Virus record (IMG/VR): IMGVR_UViG_3300014203_000001
Location: 64,001-128,000 of that record
DNA length: 64,000 nucleotides
Source of the DNA: a virus
Lineage: Duplodnaviria; Caudoviricetes
Strand: one strand, 5' to 3'
Part shown: positions 29,334 through 41,300 of the stretch, one piece after another
Layout: each line of letters starts with the position of its first letter
Numbering within the stretch: position 1 is the stretch's first letter
Notes under the pieces: model-generated
Told to the model about the DNA's origin: nothing
The model's input: only the letters and a program-made list of their open reading frames with translations
Databases searched by the model: none
Program-made: the position numbers and the translations under genes

Positions 29334-32300
29334 TCACCTTGCAATGATAGCCTGCATAGAATTTATGATACTTTGAGTATCTTTACCAGCCATTAGATCA
29401 CCTGTTCCATTAGTACTTCCATTTCCAGCTGTAGATAATTTACTCATTATAGAAGCCGCTGGGTTGGTAGCATTCTGCTGGGTAGTACTATTAGCAGTAG
29501 CTGGTTTAGTTTGAGCACCAAGAGCTGTTGCTATTGAAGTTAATAGAGCAATCATAGTATCGAACTTAGCTCCATAATCTGCTCCACCAATACTAGCAGC
29601 AGAAGTGGCAACCTTAGCTAATTGTTGTTGTGTTTGAACTAGACTTTGGGCTGCTTGGGTTACGGCTTGAGTTGACTGTGTAGGTTTGTTAATATCAATA
29701 ACATTCTTCTCTACTTTATTAACAATGGAATTTGGTTTAGGAGTATCTTTTTTATTGTTATTAACTAGAGAATTCTTATCATTTAATAGATTATTCACGA
29801 TAGAAAGTTTATCTTTGTTTGGGTTTGTTACAGAGTTATCCGTTGGCTTATCCGATACAGGAACGGATTTAGCTAGTTCTGCATTTTTAGCATTCTTAGC
29901 AGCAATAACATCATTGGAATCTCCAGGCTGTATTGCATTGTAATCAGCTGTGTCATCAGTACTATAATTAGAATCCGTAATGGCTCTGGATTTTTCAATA
30001 ATAGCTTGATATTGATCTGGATCTTCAGTTGCCAGTTGAGCTAATGCGTCTGCCATTTCTCCTGCTTTGGAAGTATTATCATATTCGCGGTTCATATATG
30101 ATGCTACCTCTTCAGCACTATATGCAAATGCACCTTTACCATATTTCTTAGATCTGCCATACTTGCCTTTAGCATTTTTGGCTTTCTTATTAGCTCCAGG
30201 TAAGTAATTACCGATACCGAATTTGCCTAATCCGTACTTACCCGCGCCAGTTTGACTACCAGGTCCTGCTTCTGCTGCTACGTCTATTCCGTTTGTTTTC
30301 GCGCCACTAACAACATTAGCATTACCAGCACCAGTAGAAACGTAACCCCAGATCTTATCTGCTCCCCATGTATCTGCCATTGGACCATGTTTTACTTTTA
30401 GAGTACTAGATGAATTACCGAAGAACCCACCTTGACCATCTGCAATAACTGCATGATCTGGACCGTCAGCTTCAGTCATATTATTATTAGTATCTACTAA
30501 AGCTATATCTCCTTCAGCGCCACCCTGTGATGCTTCTTTCCATAGACCAGATGATTTAGCCTGATCTTTAAGAGTAGGACAATATAGATCCATTTGATCA
30601 GCGAATGGATTTCCTGCATGTTGCAGATAGTCTTTAGCAAATGCGGTACAGCCATTAGGACCGTATCCTTGCGGTTGATCGCTAGATACTAATTGATTAG
30701 CCCAATCCGAAGCCTTTTTAATTCCTTCGTTTGTGCTACTAGAAGTGAATGATCCATTGCTAGAACTAGAATTATTTTTGGAACCATCAGTTTTCTTTTT
30801 GGAACCGAATATACTAGAGAATGGATTATCGTCGCCGAATATAGTTTTTATAGTACTGTCTCCGAACATTTTACTAGCCGAACTCATGATGTTACCTGCT
30901 AGTGGTTTAAATGCTCCCTGTACACTTCCTGCTAATTGTTTAGCTTGAGCTATAGCTCCATCTAAGAAACTACCAGAACTGGCAGTAGTTGCTGCGGCAG
31001 GTGTAGTCGCTGGAGTCGCTGCAGCGGGGGTTGGTGTGGTTGCAGGAGGAGTTGTAGTATCGGCAGGAGCAGAAGATGTTAATCCGTCTGGACCTCTTCC
31101 CCATTTACCTTTACCCCCACTAAGATCTAAAGCACCACTCATTACACTAGATAATTCAGCCAGCTTACCAAATAATCCAGTATTCTTTGGTTTGTTAGAT
31201 CCAGAAGATGCAGTACCACTAGTTCTTTTACCAAATTTAGAACTATCAACTAGAGAGGTATCATACTTTCCTGGTATTTGTGCTATACCTGCTGATACGC
31301 CATTTATATATTCATCTACACTAGCTCCATAATATCCATTATCTTTAAGAGCCTGTGCAAATTCTGGTACAGAATTGGTTCCTATTACACCGTCACATTT
31401 TTTAATATATCCAGCATAATATTCAGCCCATTCCTCTGGAGCGCCAAAGTGCATATAATAACAAGTTCCATCTGGTTGTTTGTCAGCTGGATCTCCTGTA
31501 GGTTGACTTTGTGTCATTCCACCGAAATTATAATTTTCTTTAGCTAATCGACTAGAAAATCCTCCACTCTCATGATACCATTGACCATATACAAACTCAG
31601 GCTTGAGTCCTATCTTTTCACTAACCCAGTTAGCTAAAGCCCACATATGTTCTGGGTTTAAATCTCCACCTCTTCCCCATTTACCTTTACCTGATTTGGT
31701 TTTAACAGGGTCATTTTTGGAGGCGATATGAATATCATGGCTATACCCCATACCATATTTACCTTTACCACTCTTTTTCTTATTGGCTCCAGGTAAGTAA
31801 TTACCGAGACCGAATTTGCCTAATCCTTTACCAGCAGCTATAGCCATAGAGGATTTATTTAGAACATCACTAGCTTTATACACTTGATCTGGTGTTGTAG
31901 ATTCTGGATCTTGTACTGTTATATTACCTTTTCCATCCATTCCAGTTCCTACTACATAGTGATTGTATTCACCGTATGGATTTTTAGAATTAACACCTTT
32001 ACCATCTTTACCCATAAGCAATACAGGATTGCCTTGAGATAGATTATCTTTGATACTGTCAGACGAGTTAACTTTCTCTGTTCCTATTCCATAATTGCCA
32101 AGCAAATCTCCGAAATATCCAGGTTCAGTTCCTCCATCTTTTTCTTTATATCCTTTGTTTAGAGCATAGCTAGCAGCAGCTTTAGGATCTATTGATACGC
32201 CTAATGCACTAGCCATATTAGTAGCGGATACTGGACCACAGCCACTGTCTTTCATACTTTGATGAACGGTATCACCTGCTGCGTTAAAGTCCATAGCATT

Positions 32301-35300
32301 AGCTGGATCTAATTGAGAATTGAATCCTGCAGCTAATCCTCTTCCATATTTAGGACCAGTTTTGCCATATCCGTATTTACCTTTACCACCATTAAACCAA
32401 CTTGAAACTGTACTCTTGGTATTCTGCCACATATCACTAGCTTTATTGGCAACGTATTGTGCGTTGTTATTAACCCAATCTACTGCGGCAGCACCTTTCT
32501 CTTTTATAGATTTTAATGCATCAGCACCTTTGTCTATTACATAATTGACTCCGCTCTTGGCTCCTTCATATGCATCGCTACCCATCTTTTTAGCGGTATC
32601 AACTGCAGTTTGGAATGTGGATTTTTCTGAAGCGTTATCTGTGCTATCACTAGTAGGATTGGATGCCTGAGATGATTCACTAGAAGCATTGTTTATAGCA
32701 GCACTAGTCTTTTTGTTTGCATCTTCATTTGCCTTAGCAATCTTTTCTATATCAGATCTACCAAATCCAAATGGAGCACCAACATATTCTATTGCCAAAT
32801 CCAATACAGTATCTGTTGGTATAACTATTCCGATTATAGGAATCATACTAATTGCAGCGTTTACTAGACCAACAACAAATTTCATTCCAGTTGTAGCTCC
32901 AGATTGTAAGTGAAGCATTTCATTAGCACTGCTCCAACCTTGCAAGAACCAACCAACAGTTTCAGCTGCTCCGACAACTATAGCCCCAACTCCACCTGCT
33001 GCTAATCCAGCAGCATAAGCTGGACCCATTGCTAACTTAGTCCCTAACTTCTCTACAATCTTTGTAATGCATTTAGGGGTAGAGATCTTCTCTATTAATT
33101 TAGCACAGAATTCTTGCACACCTGCATATACACCTTTATTAGGAATCCATTTTCCTAATTTAGTAACCATTGCAGATAGCCCATCTTTAGCTTTAGCTAA
33201 AAATACTTGAGCTTTTTCTACCATATCTGGAGATAACCCATTCATTGCTTTGGCTGCTACTGAGGTGAATCCTAAAATCCCCCCTATAGTACCGAGTGCC
33301 TTATTATCACCAGTTGGATCGTTTTGTGTAGGAGTGTCAGGTCCTTGATAATCAGCTTGGTTATCTCCTCCACCTGAGAGTTTATACGCACCATAGCTAA
33401 GTGCAGCAACACCAGCTACAGCTGCTCCTATTTTACCAGCTTTAGCCCATTTAGATGATCTATTTCCGGCAGTATTATTAGCTCTAGATCCTCTTCTTCG
33501 CCTCTTCTTTTTATCATCGCCATTTGCTAGATCTGATAGAGGATTGTCATTATCTTCTGCTCCGCCACTGCCATTATTATTTATAGCATCTAGGATTTGC
33601 TGTAGATAGCTAACAATAGATGTTCTATTTACATTGATAGCGTCTATCATATCTGTAGGTTCATCTACTGGATTTCCGTCAGCCCCGATTGCATTTGCCT
33701 CAGTAGCCGAAGATTGCTCGCCGCCACCAAACAGACCAGATATAGCATTTTTACCTTTAGTTGCCCATTTACCGACTTTACTATTAGTAAATTTGTCATT
33801 CCATTTACCAACTTTTTGACCGAACTTAGTTCCCATAAATTTATCTTTTAGTTTGCCACCTAGAATCCCAGCTTTATCTCCTGCCCAATTAAAAGCAGTC
33901 TTTCCAGCATCTAGTGCTTTATTACCAGCCCAGCTAGCAGCATTTTTGATTTTCCCACCAGCCCAACCAAGAGCACTTTTTGCCAATCCTCCTAGACCTA
34001 ACATTTCTAAAGGTGCTAGTAATAAACTACCCATACTTTTAAGCAAAGTTAATGGCATTTTAAATAAACCTAATAGACCACTTAGTGCTCCCAATAATCC
34101 ACCTTTAGCAGTCTCAACAGTTTTGTTAATAGCATTGCCAGCTTTACCTTTAGCAGTTCCTGCTAAGATCTTAAGGTTTTCTAATATACCTTTTTGAGTA
34201 TTGTCTCTTTCGGCAATATGATCAGTAATAGCTTTATTATCTTTACTATTATCCATTCTCATAGAACCATCAGTTGCTTTCGTATATGTAGCCATACCAT
34301 AGTCTGTAGGGACTTGTTTACCTAAAAATTTGTCTTTTAATTTACTGGCTCCAGCTACCGCACTGGCTAGAGGAGCTTTAAAACCATCAGTGAACCCACC
34401 AATATGCATAGGTCCGCCAGATTTAGCAGCACTTACCATTTCAGAGAAGCTTTGTTTTGCTGGTTCGATGCGTTCACCTTTAGATACTACAGCAACTCCA
34501 CCTTTAGAAATAGAAGCAGCTCCTTCAGCAAACATGTTTGCGAAACCTTTATCTTTAGTAGCTAAAGTTTCACCAATACTTTTAATTTTACCTTTAATAG
34601 CCGCACCATATTTACTTCTTAAAGGTGCAGTTATCTCTTTGGCTGCATCTACAGTATCTTTAACTTTATCACCAAATGATCTGTAGTCGTGGGTATTATT
34701 CTCATTTTCATTTTTAATTATTCCGTGAGATGCTTTATCAGAATCTGCATTTTTGCTACTATTCATAGCATCCATTGCTTTTCCTTTGAACTTATCACTT
34801 AGATACCTAGATTTAGATTTAGCCATTTCCATAAGATTTTTCTGGCTCTCATTAGTATATCCAGCCTTATATAGTTCCACCATACCTTTTAATATCTCAG
34901 GATCGGCTTCTATTATAGCATCCATATCAGTAATTTTCATACCGCTTTTGGTAATAGCAACTACGTTATCAAACCCAGACTGTGACATCTTGGCTATTTT
35001 ATCATAGTCTTTAATATCATATCCAGTAGATTGAATAGTTAGGAATCTATTCAGCTGTTTATCTGAATAATCCATAGCAGTATTTATATCGTTTAGTTTA
35101 TGACCAGCTTCGGCACTTTTACGAATCATTTTATGTCTTCGTTTATTATCAGTCATACTATATCTGTGGCGTGCGTCTATTTTTGTATCTCCACCATATA
35201 AAGATTCTATAGCTTTGTTTCTAGAATCAGCTGCATCATCGTTTGTATTTTTATAGACTTCTGATGCTCGCTTACCTTGTTCTTTATCATTTACTAAAGC

Positions 35301-38300
35301 TCTTCTCTGTTCTGGAGTTATTCCTTGTAGTGTATCTCTAATCTCAGTTAATGTATCTAATTGAGGTTTTAAATAATCTACAAGTTTATCAGTATTGGTT
35401 TCAAGAGCAGAATTCATAGAAGACATTTGTTCTTCTTCAGCACCACTAGGTGTTTTATCGTGTCTAGATTGTATTTCAGTTTCTAATACAGATCTGTACT
35501 TATCGATATTTTTAGCATTAATACCTTTGATACCATGCTTTTCTTGCAGAGTTTTATAGATATCGTTTTCGTTACCAGTATAGTTATCTTTACGATATTT
35601 GCTTTCTCTATACTTATCTGCTTTTTCATTAAGTTCTGATGATAGTTTTTGTTTCTCGGCAGTACTTAAGTTAGACTGTTGTATTAGATCCTGTACTCTT
35701 TGCATATCTCCTTCTTGAGCAGCTTTATGGATATTATATGCAGTAGCTTTATCCCATTTATAAGAACTAGCTTTATTATATACAGTATCTTTTAGATCTT
35801 GGCTATATTCATCATGTCTAGAATCGACAAACTTCTTACCTTTCTTTAGTTCACCCATCAGATCGCTAACTTTTACTAAATCACCTTTCTTAGCTCCAGC
35901 TAGTTGTGTATCATAATCTTTAAGTTTATAATCTTTACCTTTGCTAGCCATGAACTCTAAACGTTCACTGGCAGTCATATAATCAGCATTAGATTTACTA
36001 ATTTGATGTGCTCTAGCTGTATCTGCTACAGCTTCTAAAGCTTTGAATGGCGATGATACTACCTTTCCTAAACCATTTTTAAGAAATCCAGATATTTTAC
36101 CCATACCTTTTTTAAATGGAGCAAGTAAAGGTTTTGCTATAATCTTAATAGGAGTTAAAACAGCATCGAGTGCTGTAGAGACTACAGGTTTTACAATACC
36201 AGTTATAGTTTTTCCTATAATTTTCATAGTATCTTTCATAGCTAAAGATATCTGTTTTCCTAAAGGTGCTATAGAACGTTTGAGAGGAGTTAGCATATCA
36301 CGTTTAACAAAATTAACAAATGTACTCTGCATTGTATTTCCGAAAGACGCCAATGGATCGATAAGGGCACTTCTTAAACTTCCGGCTAAGCCACCTTTTC
36401 TATTTCCTTTTGCGTCGGCTTTACCTAGCATCATATCTTTGAATTCATCTGTAGTTGTAGCTAATCCGATACCACTACCTAATATAGCATTACCGAGTAG
36501 ACCGAATGGTCCTAAGAACATAGTACTTATAGCTCCAGCTGCTACATGAGGAAATACCTTTTGGATAATCTTTTTACTATCATCATTTATCAATCCAGTT
36601 TTACCAAATAGAGAATTCTTAACAGTTTCATTATTCTTAGCAAAGCTAATAGCAGAACCCATCATTAATCCACCTAAAGGTCCAAGTGGAGTAAGCATAC
36701 CTAGAACGGTACCCGTTATACCATACGTCTTAGCGTCTGGTAAGTATTTTTTCATTGTATCTTGGAACTCAGAAGAGAATAATCCGCCAGCTCTTTTACC
36801 AGTTTCATTTCCTTCAGCATCGTATACTTTTTCACCGAATAGACTCTTTTGTAGAGTTTCACTATTAGAAACTACAGATATGGCAGAACCTGCTACCGCT
36901 CCTAATAATGGTCCACCTATACCAGTAAGTAATCCTACAGTACCTCCTAGTAAACCACCAGCTATTCCTTTAGGTAAATGCTTTCTAACTTCTTCATTAG
37001 TCTTAGTTAATATTTTAGATGAATCATCGGTATTAAATAGAGTATTGAAGAAACTTGTAGCTCCCGATTTAACATCATCTGTTAGTTTAGCAAATCCAGT
37101 ATTCTCTTTAGTACCAAAAGCAGTGCTACCTTCTGCGTTTTGTGCTATATCGTTTACATCGAATGATTTTCCTATTCTTTGTTTAATACGCTTTTCATTC
37201 TCTGCATCCTTAGCTCTATCTGCATATTTAAGATTTGGGTTGTATGGATTTACATCTGAAGGGATGATTGCTTCGCCTTCAGATACAATAGTTAAACCAC
37301 TTTTAGTGATATTTCTAGCGCCAGTTGCAAAATGAGAGATCTTATTAGTTCTGTTATCATATGCGTTAGGATCTGTTTGCAGATCCATACCTAGAATTTT
37401 ATAATAATCCTCGTCCCGAGCAGATGGTTTATCATCTTTACCTACGAATTTATTCCCTACCTCCGTAAAGTTTTCCAACCTAGTCGTACCAGCTACAAGT
37501 TTAGCTGCTCGTTTCCCTTGTTTCTTCGATCCAAATTTTACCCCATCAAGTTGTCTTTTTATCATCCCAGATGAGCTATATGATTGCAATAGTGGAGTTA
37601 AAGACGAATCTATCTTTCCAACTTCAGATACAAATTTATCGAAATTTGTATTTATTTCACCAAGAGATTCTAGTGAATTAGTAGTTATTAATTCAGATAC
37701 TATTCCGCTTATTCTATCTTCAGATATTCCAATTTTCCCTAAAGCATTAGAGAATATATTAGTATATCTTCCCACTAAGGCTCCCTTAGAAGCTATTATA
37801 GTATTTAGTTTCTCTGTTAGTTCACTCGCACCTTGTATATCGCCTTGGGAATTTGCACGATTGATATCGACTTGTATTCCTTTTAGTGGATCACCTTTCA
37901 TTCCAGTAGTAGCATTTTTATACTCTTTAGCCAATGCCTCTACTGTTTTGTAAGCTTGTTTAGCTTCTGGTCTAGAACTAGCTACATTTAGTATACTAGA
38001 CATATAGTTTATAGCATCTTCGAAATCTCTATTACCTCTGAATTCGGATTTGTTTTTATTTTCTTTAGCATATTCTAAAAGAAGTTTTGGATCTAATGAA
38101 GCTTTATCTTTACTAGTTCCAGTTTCGTCCCATAGAGATTTCTTTTTAGCTTCTAAAGCAGCTTTCTCTTTAGTTAGCTTTTCCATTCCTGTTTTAAGTT
38201 TAGAAATTTCTTTTTGAAGAGATTTAGCTTCTTCTAAATCTGCTTTATTTTCATCAGTATTTAGATGAGAATACTCGTCCGATTCTAGGTTAACTTTTGA

Positions 38301-41300
38301 TAGATCTGTTACACCAAGAAGATTTTTAAGTTCATCTAAGCGTTTAGTATGTTTAGCTTTCTTAGCAGATATTGCTTTGTCCTCATCAGTTTCAGCATAT
38401 TCATTTATTCTGCTACTAACTTTAGTTATATTAGAATTAGTTTCATCGTATTCTTTACTCTTTTGAGATACTTTATCTTCAGCATTAGTATATATAATGT
38501 CTAACTGCTTCTCTATTCTAGCCCGTTCTTTTGGATCTGTGGTTGAATTTAGTTTATTTAAGAGATCTGCTTCTTTAGATTGTAATTTAGCGTGCAAATT
38601 TTTATACCCAGATATTTTAGAGCTATTAGCCATTGCGGTTCTAAATAATCTGGATTCGTCTAAATGATCTACTCCTGCTTTTTTCTTAGCTGAGGTTAAC
38701 TTCTGTTCATCGGTCTGTTCTCCTAGAACCTGATTATGATAGAATTGGTTGGCATCTTTTTTAGATTTCTGAAGATCTTTCTTAGCTTCTTCATATGCTT
38801 GCTTGAAAGTGTCTTTAACTGCGTCTATAGTTGGTTGTAATATTCCGTTATCTCCCACAAAGAAACCTTTAGCTTTACTAAAAATCTCATCTACATCAAT
38901 ATTAGTATATTTCTTTAAAGCATTCTTTCCAGCTTCCCACATAGACTTTCCACCGAATTTATCTTTAAAAGGTTTTAGTAAAGAATTATCTATCCAATCA
39001 TTTACTTTACCAAAAGTTCCTTTTAATTCAAATACCATTCGGTTGAAGAAACCTTTTACTTTATTACCTTTCTCATCGGTAACGCCAGTTTCTTTACCAT
39101 AGAAGAAATCATATATATTTTGATCTGCTTTGGTAAGCATACCAGTTAGAAGATCTGATGGTTTAGCAGTTAATTTATCTATACCATTTCTAATAACATC
39201 ATACTTAGCTCCCAAAGATCCAGCATGTAATAATTGATCTAAGAAAGTAGCTCCATCTTTCATTTCTGGATTTTCAGATATATTCTTTCTAGCTTTCTTG
39301 GCACTATCTGCCATCATTTTATTAAGCCACGTTTCGTTAGCATCATGAGTTCTTCTATCTTCTGCAAGTTTAGCATTATGAGCATTAGTATATATAGCTC
39401 CAGTAGCGGCAGATGTATCATCCATATATTGATCCACTTCAGCAACTATCTTACCATTGGCTTTGGCTCGTTTAGCATCTTCTTGACTTTTAACTCTATG
39501 CTGTTCATTTAGATTGGCTTCTTGCTCTTCTCTTAACTTAGCATTGGATTTGTCTTTAGGTCCTAATTGTGATTCATAATAGTTCTTCCAATCTTTTTCA
39601 GTGAATTGATTGAAATCTATAGTATTATTATCTGGGGCGAATTTACCTTTCTTTCCTCTGCTTTTTCCACCAATACTACCACCTTTTCTAACTATAAATA
39701 ACTCTTGGTGGATCATTCTTAGATAGTCAAATATATTCTTCTTAAATGGATCTTGTATCTTTAGAAGATTAGAACTATCTCCTAGATTACCATACTTTTC
39801 TTTTATCTCTTGGGTTTTAGAATCTTGCCTAATATGGGAATCCATTCCGTAGTTATTTGTTAGGTTACCATATAAAGAATATCCTTCTTTTTCAATATTC
39901 TCCATATTCTTATTATGCATTTCTCTCTGAGACATTACGTTTCCAGGAGTAGCCATAACAGTTTTACGTTTAAGATTCTTATACATCTCTTGGAGAATTT
40001 TAAAATTGGCTTTGCTTTGTACGCCGTAGTCTGTATGTGCCGATGATTTTTTATTATTAGGATCGAAGAATCCACCGTCATCATATATTTGGGTGAACAT
40101 TGATTGCATATCTTTTAAGAAGGCTTCTTTATCTCTTCTTTCTTTAAAGACAAGAGATTGCATCATCTTTCCCATCTCATCAGATACATCAGACATAGAT
40201 GATTGTACATTACTTTTCTTTATATTAGCGAAAGAAGTTTTTATGCTTTTAGCATCAGTCCATTTACCACTATTATGATCAAAGAATCTTTCGTTCTGAC
40301 CAGACAATAATGCTTCAATTCTTCTAAGATGACCAGGGATTACTTCTACTATACTCTTTTGGGTAATGCCGTTAAAAGGAACTGCTCCCTTTTCAAACTT
40401 AGATGTATCTATAGTATTTTTGACATTATTCTTTACACCAAAGATCTTACCTAAGAATTGTTCCATTGGACTAGCATTCTCATCATTAGCATTTTTATTC
40501 ATCTTAGCAGTAAATGTGGTAAACATACCAGCCATAGTAGAATCGAACTTCTCTAATGCAGTATTTAATTTAGGACCCATCATACTAGATATTAGAAACT
40601 GTGGTATAAATCCTAGAGGATTAGAAGCTAACATCTTTAAATTCTCTTCTGATAACATGCTCATCATGCCACCACTTTGTTCGTTCAAAGTGTTCTTCGT
40701 ATTTCCCCATATGACTTTAGCATAGTTCTTCATATCAGGTATTCCGTTAGCATTGAATACATCATCAATTCTATTAGCTTTCTTCTCTTTCTCTTCTTCT
40801 AACGCAACTTTATATTTTTCTCTTTGCATAGTAACCATTTCTTTAAGAATGGCATTTTGCTCTTGAAGCAGACAAGTAGAAGTTTCAAAGAACTTTTTAG
40901 AATTCTCTACATGGACAGACATAACATCTGTGTTGAATCTGTGGAGAGCATCTACCCCAGACGATAGACTACTAAATCCAGTTTGTAAAGTATTTAGAGT
41001 TCTAGTAGCTTGAATATATTGCTGATTTGCGATAGCTTTACTAGTACCAGCAATATATTCAGCAGAAGATGCTACTGCATTGGATACTGCATACGCATTC
41101 TTCTTAGAAGAGTTAGCAACTGTTTTGACAACCATTTGATCGCCAGTAGTAAAATCAGTAGCAGAATCGGCTCCAGATGAATCTCCTCCGAATCCGTCGT
41201 CTATACCAGATTCCATATCAAAATCGTCAAAACTACCAAAAGAAGAGTCTTCTCTTCCTTTGTTATATAGATTACCACTCTTGATATCTTCTAATGCATT

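Noticed and set aside
29686-40725. Numerous plus-strand ORFs inside the giant tail gene, and similar antisense ORFs elsewhere
   Set aside because: Shadow ORFs caused by codon bias of the real gene; no RBS and no recognisable motifs.
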